Program-made: the position numbers and the translations under genes
Origin: Macrostomum lignano
Lineage: Eukaryota
Length of the DNA: 64,000 nucleotides
NCBI GenBank assembly: GCA_002269645.1
Contig: NIVC01002858.1
Location: 1-64,000 of the forward strand
Direction of reading: 5' to 3'
Shown: in pieces, positions 8,456 to 18,000 of the stretch
Layout: every line of letters begins with the position of its first letter
Numbering within the stretch: the stretch's first letter is position 1
Notes under the pieces: generated by a model
The model's database searches: none
What the model was told of the DNA's origin: nothing
The model's input: the letters and a program-made list of their open reading frames with translations, nothing else

Positions 8456-10043
8456 AGGAGGATTGTTAGATGTTCAAAAAGGATTAACAAGCTTACCACC
8501 AATCTTTACTACTGGTAAATATACAGGGGAACTACACCTACCATCAATGAACTTCACAGGTTAACCCGTGGCCTGAGTGAGGAAGGCAATGTCCTTGCTA
8601 GTCACTATTTGTGGCGACATCTCCAAATTGCGTGAAACCCATCATACAGCTTCAAGTACCACTTCAATTGAGAAATCTTTTGAAGGAACAGAGGTAACTC
8701 CTCTTCCCAATCGTGCTTTGCACGCGAACCTATGGTTCGATGGTAACAAGCTTGAAGACACGGTGGCAATGCGCAGCCAAGCTCCTAAGTATTTTAAATA
8801 TAAGGAGAAGGTTCAGAGAGCAGACGGAGATGGGCGGTAATTATCGCCGCTTAAGGTGTGCTCCAGCCTCTTTCGAAAGATTGAGGGTAAACTACCCGGC
8901 ACTCGCTTAGATTTGAGATTAAATCCTGATGACACCCCAAAAGCCGATTCAATTCCCATAAATGGAATTGATTGGTTAGCATACTATCATGACTTAGCAT
9001 ACAGAGATGCTGATAAGAACACACCCGAGGAAGCATTAAGATTAAAACATGAAGCCGATCAAAAAATGATTCAAGGATTAGATAACTTGCAGGGATTATC
9101 GGTAGGTCAAAAATTAACTAGGTGGATGGTTAAAAAGATCTTGCAGTCTAAAGTTAAATTTGGTTTGGGAATTAATTATAATCAACATGGAAATAATTGT
9201 GTTGAGTGTTTGTTGTTAAGTGGTGGTGGGTTAAGTTCTGATGAGGCAAAGATTCTTCATAAAGAATATCGAAAACCGAAATTTTATAGAAAAATCATGA
9301 ACTTCAAAAAGAATGAAATTTGGTATGCTGATTTAATGTCGATGCCGAACGAAAGAGGATATAAATATATCTTAACCATATTAGATGGTTTTACTCGATA
9401 CGCGTGGGCTGTTCCTTTGAAATCCAAAAAAGGAGAGGATGTTGCTGCTGCTTTTAGAAGTCTTGGAGAAAAAAGCGAACGTTTGTGTGTTGACGAAGGA
9501 AAAGAATTTTACAATCCTCATATGCATAAATTATATCATTTTGAAAAAGGACAAGAAAGGAAAAAAGACGCGAATGGGGAGTATATTAATAAAATTTATT
9601 CTATTTATGGAGAAAGCAAAAACGCATTAATAGAAAGATTTAATCGAACTTTAGGTAAGAAATTGTGGTTTCAGTTTAGTCTTAATGGTAACCAAAAATG
9701 GGTAAAAATATTACCAGACGTAGTGAAAGATTATAACAATTCATATCATTCGGCGATAAAGATGACTCCTCAACAAGCTTATAACAATCCTGAAAACGTT
9801 AAAGTTACTTTTGGAAAATTTGAAAAAAATAAAAAGAAATCTTTTAAGGTTGGTGATTCTGTTTATATCTATAAATGGAAAGATAAGTTTGAAAAAGGAA
9901 GAAAAGGATATTGGAAGATAAGTGAGAAATTTACTATCAGTAAAGTTTTAAATACCAATCCTACAACCTATATAATTGCTGATAAGGACGGTGAAGAAAT
10001 ATTGGGTTCGTTTTATGAGAACCAACTAATATCAGCGAACTAA
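8436..10043 (+). CDS. Parvovirus-VP1-type phospholipase A2 (PLA2X-like) fused to rve integrase; two exons, 8436-8561 and 8895-10043, about 424 aa
   Basis: Joining the exons restores HLPSMNFTG|PGTRL (the YxGPG loop), followed by PINGID..AYYHDLAY and HEAD. The integrase triad is WYADL / CVDEGKEF / IERFNRTL, with a C-terminal GSFYENQL. Confidence 0.9.
8562..8894 (+). ncRNA. Group I intron, IC1-like, without an internal homing endonuclease
   Basis: P1 CAGGU/GCCUG with U-G at the 5' splice site; P3 CAUCUCC/GGAGAUG; P AAAUUGCGUGAAA; Q AAUGCGCAGC; R GUUCAGAGAGCA; S AAGGUGUGCUCC. P7 has a bulged A8817 and G8818-C8863 pair. P5abc has a GAAA tetraloop and A-rich bulge. P6, P8 and P9 hairpins all pair. 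Confidence 0.93.
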
Positions 10044-10053
10044 GTTCGAACAG

Positions 10054-10308
10054 TTACTTAAGACAACATGGTAGTAAATTTTTTATTACAAACAAAAACA
10101 ATATTATTACTATTATTGTTACTAATATTATTATTGACATTTGTTCAACTGTTATCAAACTTAAATTTTCATTAAGTTCATTAATTGGAACATTTCCGAT
10201 GTAGGAATAATCGTGCAAAGCACGCGAACCATGGGTTCGATTTACCTTCATTTTTTTATATATATTTTTCATAATAAACGTCGTTTCTGTTATAGAATAA
10301 TAGTTCAT
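10054..10308 (-). CDS. Small Polinton membrane protein; contains an in-frame double-hairpin module
   Basis: 84 aa with strongly hydrophobic C-terminal helix SIIILVTIIVIILFLFVI; TAAAAAATG start. Confidence 0.45.
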   Translation of the reverse strand: MNYYSITETTFIMKNIYKKMKVNRTHGSRALHDYSYIGNVPINELNENLSLITVEQMSIIILVTIIVIILFLFVIKNLLPCCLK

Positions 10309-10324
10309 TTTTTAAATATTTTTT

Positions 10325-10639
10325 TCACATAAAAATTTCACTTTCATTCTCTGAATCACTGGTTTCATATGAACTATTTGTTGATTCGGAATCTGTTGAT
10401 CTAACCTCCCAATCATCCGAATTTAAATAATCTCCAAGTTGAAATATTAACTCACCCTCTTGTTCTAAATCATACATCTCATCTAGCTCTAATGGATAAA
10501 GCTTTAGGTCATGCTTGTCGTCATATTTTAAATAAACTTCATCAATTATTCCATTCAAAATATGTTGTTTTATTATCTCTGCATTTTTAGCAACAGTCTC
10601 AAAAGTATCACTAACAGAAAAGGTGTAAACTCGGGTCAT
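10325..10639 (-). CDS. Small acidic Polinton protein (104 aa)
   Basis: Clean ORF with TAAAAATG start and Ser/Glu-rich tail. Confidence 0.5.
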   Translation of the reverse strand: MTRVYTFSVSDTFETVAKNAEIIKQHILNGIIDEVYLKYDDKHDLKLYPLELDEMYDLEQEGELIFQLGDYLNSDDWEVRSTDSESTNSSYETSDSENESEIFM

Positions 10640-10696
10640 TTTTAGTAACAGAAAAAGACCCTTCGCGCCTGCGGCGCGGGCAAGGGGTTATAGAGT

Positions 10697-10970
10697 AGTA
10701 GTAGGGAAAAAGACGCTTCCAGATCAGACCTTTTTTAATGATCGTTTATAAGGTTCCAGAGGGGGGACACGAGGGGTGTGATAAGATGAGTTGGGGATGG
10801 GTTATATTGATTTTTGGTATTAAGGGGTGTTGTGGGTGATTATGGGTGATTAGATGTGTTAAGGGTGTTTAGATGTGTTTTTTATTTACCCCCCGTGTCC
10901 CCCCTCTAGACCCTTAAAACGGCTGTTAAAAAAGTGCTCTGGGTCTGGAAGCGTCTTTTTCCCTACTACT
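10697..10970. repeat. Polinton right terminus with internal inverted copy (racket-like fold-back)
   Basis: AGTAGTAGGGAAAAAGACGCTTCCAGA...GAGGGGGGACACG (about 10697-10777) is an imperfect inverted repeat of about 10888-10970. Confidence 0.8.
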
Positions 10971-11575
10971 CCTGGCTGTGGGCGGTGCGGAACAAAGAGC
11001 CTATATGCCGCTTCCCACTGTCTGGGCTCTGGGCCCACTGTGAGAGAAGGGAGCTCGGGGAACTCGGAGCTCTCTAAGACTTGTGATCCCTTTGCCATCC
11101 CGATTCTATATGGTCTGTGGGCTTGGGGGATGTCTCGAGAGGTGAACTCTATTGTCCACCCTCCCTGCTGGCTCTGCTGGCTGACTGTATGGTGTTTTTT
11201 ACTGCGATAGCTCCGTGTAATGAACCGAAGTTCCCCTTTGTTCTGGCCAAGATCTTGGAGCCCTCTGGCGCCATTCGAACTGTATTCTTCTTCTTCGCTG
11301 AATTTATTGAGTGAGAATTCTGCTATTCTATGACAAAGCTTTTAGTTTTACTTTAAAGTTTAAACTAAAGGTTAGGAAATACAACTGCACCAATCCCGAA
11401 CAAACTCTGGCTAGTCCACATCAAAGCTCCACAGAGACTCAGGTTTGGATAGAGTTTAGAACTACAAATTTAATAGTTTTAGAAGACTAGATTTAGAAGC
11501 CAAAGTTCAATATGCGCTCGTAGTTGCAGTTTGGAATTTAAAGAAAAACAATAAGTACTTCAATTTTTCTCCATC

Positions 11576-14425
11576 ATGGAGAAGAGAGAAAGAAGTAGAC
11601 GATCGCACCGTAGAGACGCAAAGAAATCTTTGGAAGAATTGTTGCAAGAGACTGCAACGAACCGTAACTGCCGTGTTGCAGAAACACAGGAACAATTGAA
11701 CGAGTTTCAAACTGAACCTGCAGCTACAGCTGCATCCATGAGTTTCCGCTCCCCTGTTCCCCTGGCATCGCATTTGCATCCCAACAGCTTTTCGCCCGGC
11801 CATTCAGATTCCGAGCTTGACACAATCTGTGACGACGAGCCAGAAGTTGTTGACAGAAGCTATTACTACTCAGCCGAAGCTTCAGGTAACTAATTATTGT
11901 TATTTATACTGCTAAGTATAAATTACATGTACGCACTCGCACTCGCACTGCATGTATAGATATAGATATATACATCTATATACTTTATACTATATACTAT
12001 ATACAGTCTGAATCTGAATATTTTAAAAATATTTTAACATACATATATAAATGCAGTGTATTATATATATTAAGTTTAAATTAAACCCTCACCCATAAAC
12101 CATCGCCCATAAACCATAGAACTAATAAAGTTCATACTATACTATAGTACATGCTATATTCATGGGCGAATGGGTTGGTGCATGGGTTTATGGGTGAAGC
12201 CATTTTTCATATATTAGATGTACATACATGTATATATGTAAACTGCATGTATATACGAGCGTATGTTTGCTATTCTTTCATTGATTTTCTCTCCAGAGAG
12301 AAGAAAAGCTCGAATAGAAGATCAAAAAGAACGACGAGACATAGCTCGTAACTAGCTAGCTATACCAGTATGCAATTTAAACATTTTAATTAATTAAATT
12401 TTTAAGGGTATTCGTACGTATTTTTACGAGGTACATGTAGTAGAGCTTCAATTTGAGACTTTGAGTAATCACAGTGACAGGGCTAGGCTGATAATTGGTA
12501 GGCTTTAATGAAGGATAAGAGCACCAGAGATACAGCTTCTCTTTTTGCTACACTGCACTTTCTAAAAATACCCACTCTACCTTCATCACAGACATCGAAT
12601 ATCAAGACGGAGACGATTTAGAAGAAGCTGGTCAACTGGAGTCAAGTGGAGTGCGAAGAATCCTGCATGACTGGGTAGAGGCGAACAACCCAAAAATAAG
12701 CTCAGTCAACGACCTCCTCAAACGCATGTCAGAGATTCACCCGGAGCTTCCCGCAGATGCTCGAACTTTGATGGAGACTCCGAGAGATCTGAATTTGAAA
12801 CGCGTTGAGCCAGGTCACTACTTTCACTTTGGCATAGTAAAAGGGCTAGATTTCATTTTTTCAACTTGTCCTCTGCCGTCAAATGAAGCAATGATGTTTC
12901 ATTTGTTTTTAGATGGTGCTAAGGTTTATAAGAGTTGCAATACCACAATGTGGCCCATATTGGGTCGAGTGAAAGGAATCTCGCATTCTGATTTTGTAAT
13001 TGGAATTTATTGTGGCTCAAAAAAGCCTTTGTCTGCCTCTGATTTTTTGTCGGATAGCATCTCTGAACTCAGTGACTTACTCTCTAATGGCTATATTAAT
13101 TCCGGTGTTACCATCCCATTTGTTCTAGAGATGGTTATGTGTGATGCTCCTGCAAGGCACTTTGTAAAAGGTACGAAAAACTGCACTGGCTATTCTGCTT
13201 GTGACAAGTGCACCGTGCGAGGTCAGTATGTGCATGGAAGAGTTGTTTTCTGCGACACAGATGCACCAATTAGAACTGATGCTGATTTCCGCTTTGCTAG
13301 TTCACCCGAATGTCCTCAAAATCATTTGTACAAACAGCACGTTACATCTGCTAGCTTATTTTGTGCATTGCCAATCGATATGATTTCAACGTTTCCTGTA
13401 GACCCAATGCACCTACTGTACGAAGGAGTTGTTCATAAGTGCTTAAACAACCTAGGCTCAGCTGTTGTGCCTCATCGTGTTGCATCTGCCTCAAAGCGTG
13501 AAATTAACAGCGCACTAGAAGTTGTGGCGCAAGGCATAACCCATGACTTCCCGCGTAAGCCTCGATCATTGGATGTTTTAGGGCAGTGGAAGGCAGTCGA
13601 GTTTCGACTTTTTATTCTGTATTTGGCTCCTGTTGTCCTGCAAGGCCTTGTTTCAGACACGATGTACAGTCTGTTTGTATCCTTACACGTTTTTTCCTTT
13701 CTGCTTTCGAATCCGATCACGAGCAGCATGCACTGCGACTATGCCGAAAGCCTTGCGAAATGGATTCTTCGTTGCTGTCAACGCCTTTGGGGGCAAGAAT
13801 TCATAGTGTACAATTTGCACACCCTCATCCATATCCCTGCTGATGTTCGCCGATTTGGCCCCTTGGAGCAGTTTAGCTGCTTTTGGGGCGAAAATTTTCA
13901 ACGTTTCATTGCTGCCTTTTGCCGTGGTCCCTTCATGGCTCTTCAGCAAGTTGTAAAGCGAGTCTCTGAGAGAGATGTTACGCTCGGTTTTCTTAAAAAG
14001 CATGTCAAAAAAGTACAATTAGCCCAGTTTACTCTGTCCAGGCCCATGCCTCTGCCGACACTATTCTGCCTGTTCGAGTTTCCACAGCTTTTTCTCGCCT
14101 CGACTTACCTTTAAAGTCAACATTTCTATCGGTTTCTAAGCCTGATTGCTATTTTATGACTCGAACTGGGCTCGTGTGTCGAGTTTTTCACATACTTTCC
14201 ACTGTTGATAATTCCTGCTACCTGAATGTTTGTAGTTTTAGGCAAGCAGAGCCTCTTTATGTAACTCCGGTGAACTCTTTTGACACCAATATGATATCCG
14301 TTGTGAGTAAGCTTTCCAGCGGCTACAGTTTATTACGAAAAGAAGATATTTTCTGCAAGGCAATGCTTATCCCTTTAAAAGATAAGCAAGTCGCTTTCCC
14401 ACTACTGCACTCCATGCGAAGCTGA
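11576..14425 (+). pseudogene. CMC/EnSpm (CACTA)-type transposase gene, spliced, with a C-terminal frameshift
   Basis: Main ORF 12651-14114 has FLDG, WPI, CDAPAR..VKG...GYSACDKC, DPMHLLYEGV, WKAVEFR and NLHTLIH..DVRRFGPL...F..EN motifs. It continues in 14156-14425 after a shift near 14115. Plausible upstream exons at 11576-11885 and from 12591 (acceptor TCACAG). Confidence 0.8.
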
Positions 14426-15082
14426 AAAATCTGACTCTTATTCTCAGCCTTCTAATACTTTGTACTTACTTCGCTTTTCACGCTTTTCGAATGTTTAAAA
14501 TGCTGTTTTTAACGTGCAATGTTCTTAGAATCTACTGCTGATTGATTCTGCATGTTTCACGTTTGCTAATCATTCACTCTCACATAACCTTTGTACAACA
14601 CTAAGAAAAGTACATAAATTCAAATCAGAAGAAATAGAAATATGGCAGATAAGATATGAAGACATGGGATCTATCGAGTCTGGATGGTTTGATGAAATCA
14701 GATAGATTGAAGTCATGGCATAAGAAGGTTACAACTTTTACAAGTAATTTTAAATTATTTTTCTTCCTTCCTGTCAATGAAAGGATAAAGATTAAGGAAG
14801 TAATGTCTCCGCGTCATAAATTACTGGCTCTCCAGGTTTCCCCAAGCCCCAAGGCTTAGCTTTATGGTTTCTAAAAAAATTTTTGGTTCCTTAAAGAAGA
14901 TATGACTTTGTCCTATTTATTTTACCAACAATGATCTGCAATACGATGAGCGAATCACTCATATAACGAAGGAACGAAAGAGTTTGAGCAACTGCTCACT
15001 TTATTCACATGGCCTATTGACCCGCCCAGTTGCCCCCCGCCACCCAAATCGAACAGCGCCTGTCTTAGGTGGGCGCCCTGTC

Positions 15083-18000
15083 CAGGGAATCCTAAAGACC
15101 TGGAAGTGACACTGTCCAATGGGGGCGGTCCAACTCAGGCCGATCCTACCTAACCAAACAAGGCAGCCCATGCCATTTTCTATAGGGTTTTCAGTATCAA
15201 CTCGATGATACAGCGCTGAAAAGTCATATCCCCTGAATTTTTTAAAGTCCTTATTGTAACGAAATAAACGAAAGTTTCATGAGGCCTTTTATAAGAAACA
15301 ATTATGCATAAAACTGGTAAACCATAGGCTATATAAACATAAAAAGGGTTTTAATCAAACTTACCAGGGTTGAAGGATCATCGGACATCAAAAAGGCAGT
15401 AATTATGCATCAGGATAAACTGGGAGCTTACTCGTAAATAAAATAATTAGCAGTAACTCGGAATCGTCAAAACAATGAAGCTTATAAAAATATACTATTA
15501 CGAGTACTAAGGATTCAATTTGGCCAGTTTGCGAGAGCAGTCCTCAGTTCTCTTCTGTTCTCCCGATTTCCGTTTGCCTACAACGGATGGGCGGTTAGCT
15601 TCAGAAGAAAGGTTTTTCAGAAAACAGTTTAGGAGTCGGAAAGAAAACTGCCGAATGACTTGTCTAAGTGAATGATTTGAGCAGCGGAAGCGACGAGCCG
15701 AAAATTTTGCACAGTTTTGAGTTTTTACTATCACGACTGATGCGAATGTTTGATGCGGTTTAAAGCTAAGAAGCTTCTGCAGCAGCTGCTTGGAGCCCTT
15801 GATGAGCTCAAACGAATTGAACGCTGTCATGCAGAGAACGAAAGCAGAATCCGATGGACAGCACAGTCCTCCCCGTGATGACTGTCGAACTAGGAAATCA
15901 CGATTAGGAGCATCGTCGAGAGTCACTTCCATTGGAGGGACCTTGTCTTCGCTCACCAAAAATTCTCTACAATCAGCACATCCCTTGCTGATGGACTTTG
16001 AAAGGTAACCTGCTATGTAGAACATCACGTTCAAACAGCCCATCTCGTTACTGCGCAAGGTCATGCATGGCTCATCTGACACATCAGCGAAGATTTCTGC
16101 TGCTCTTAGACTAACGTCAGTGTCTTCCTGCTCAACATCCTTCATGAAAGACTTCTTTAAGCGTAGCAAGTCTATTTCCGAGTGCTTAAGCAATGAAGTC
16201 ATTCTAAGTTTATTCTCGGACTGAACGACCTGCTTTGCACTGATAAAATACAATCCGCCGGACATCTGCCTGTACTTTCCGAACTGCCTTTCAAGAGGAT
16301 CGGACAACAACTTTCCCAGCAGAATGTAGTCAAAGTGGCCAGTAGAAAAAAGTTTCGCACACAATAGTGGAATGGCTGAGCATGTTTGAATGAGGCTGCC
16401 AAATGTCTCGTTTGTCAGACCATCTGCGCCTGTTGATACCGCTCGCCACTTCTTTAGGAAGCCAACAAAGTCAGCAAGGTACTGGAGCTGCCAGTCTTGC
16501 ATATTAGTTAGCGGCTCACTTTCCGGTCTTCTTAATTGTTGACCGGCGAATGGCGTTCGAACATTCAATATTGCCCACAGCTTCCTGATCATGGACAAGA
16601 AATTGGCTGTGCTATTGAACGTTGAAGTGTCTACCTCCGTGCTCTTTGTGCTTGAATACAGTCTGAGTGCAGAAACTGTTGTGTCATCGAACACAGCTGC
16701 AGCCAGTGAAGCACTAGTTCTCTCGACATTAAGAGGACGTAAAACCTTCTCCGACAGACGGAAGGCAATCTTTGACGACTGACCTCTTTCAATTTCAAAA
16801 ATAGCCTCAACATCACTGAACCTTGCCACAAAGTTGCTGCAATTGTCGAACGCTGGACAGTGAAATACACCTCGTCTCTGAAAGTTGTTATACACATTTT
16901 TAATGTTGTGAGTAGTGTCCATCAGCAAGAAGATTTCTTTCTGATCGTCACATGGATGTCGCATAGACAGCCCATGTTCAGGTACAGCTGACATTGAGTA
17001 AAACTTTCGGTTGACAGAGGAGTTGTCACAGGACAATGCAACAATTTCAAATCCACTCTTTGTGACAGCCGCAATCACTTCCTTGGCCATGTTGCATAAG
17101 TCCAGAGCGGTCAAGCAGTTAACAGGAAATAGACCGACAACATCCTGATAGGATGCGCCGACGGACTTGATTAGAAAGGCAAGAATTGAGGAGGTCATTT
17201 TACCGTCACTCGCAAGGCCGTAAGCAGAGTCGCAATTGAACTCGATTCTTTTAGCTGTTGCGACCTCATCAATAATGAGCACAACGTGCTTCTCTCTGCT
17301 AGACAGTGACTCTGTCCTCAACTGCAGGTACATTTCCTCAACCACTCCAGGCTCCTTCGAAAGAACAGCATTTAGCCTGACAAGGCTTCTTACAGATGGT
17401 AGGCAGAGGGCACCATTTTCTAGGATTGCCTTATAGGCGGCACGACTTGTCGAAAAGATCAAGTACGCAAACACAGTTGTTGATGGTGAATATCGTCGAG
17501 CAGATACTTTTTGATGAATCAGTGAGAACTGTTCAGCTAAGAAATTGACATTGCTGCTCAGTTCAGAATCATCACTCAAAGATTCGAGGTAGACTTTTAA
17601 AACGCCTTCAACAAATGCAGACGACACATTTGAATTGCGAGAGTCAACAGCAACAGTAGCCGAAGACTTAATCAAGGCTAACATGTTTTCTAAAGTCGAA
17701 AGCTGACGCACATGTAGCGAGTCATCTTTGAGCAGGTGTTTAAACATGCTATCAGAGCAAGAAAGGCCAGAGATGAAGACTTGGAAGGTAAGGTCCTGCA
17801 GTACTGTCATAGAGGCAAGCAGACAAGGAGCTGAAATCGAGTCAGATCTTGTTATCAAGTAAAACGAGACTGAATCTGCTTCCTTACTTCTGACGAATCC
17901 AGAGGGAATCGTCGCTTGTTCCAGCTTTTGAATCAAATCGCTGAAATCGCACAACTCGTCGGAGCCAAAAAAGTCGCTGATTTCCTCATCTAAGCGGACT

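Larger units (their letters stand above)
934..10239. repeat. Dispersed family of 28-nt double-hairpin modules (10 copies)
   Basis: Copies at 934-961, 3240-3267, 3864-3891, 3916-3943, 4751-4778, 4781-4808, 4811-4837, 5262-5289, 8712-8739 and 10212-10239. Pattern: CGNNN-nnn-NNNCG + CGNNNN-nnn-NNNNCG. Confidence 0.9.
1..10970. mobile_element. Polinton/Maverick (adintovirus-like) endogenous virus, right-hand portion; left end and PolB lie outside the window
   Basis: AT-rich, densely packed ORFs for MCP, mCP, packaging ATPase, adenain-like protease and rve integrase. Ends in CCCTACTACT at 10961-10970, the reverse complement of the Polinton AGTAGT terminus, followed by an abrupt change to host-like sequence. 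Confidence 0.93.

Noticed and set aside
8856-8894. GTG-initiated N terminus MCSSLFRKIEGKL of ORF 8856-10043
   Set aside because: These codons are the S element, P9 and 3' end of the intron; the real N terminus is exon 1 at 8436.
8885-8894. Alternative in-frame 3' splice site after G8885 (would give omega-G)
   Set aside because: It would break the P9 stem and P9.0 and insert GKL into the GPG loop. It cannot be fully excluded without cDNA.
8577-8910. ORFs 8577-8840 and 8713-8910 inside the intron as a possible homing endonuclease
   Set aside because: Short, with no LAGLIDADG, GIY-YIG, HNH or His-Cys motif; they run through the conserved ribozyme core.
10971-11320. Minus-strand frame with SEFPELPS, resembling the start of a LINE ORF1 hit by the Polinton
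   Set aside because: One short motif with no supporting domain; too weak to call.
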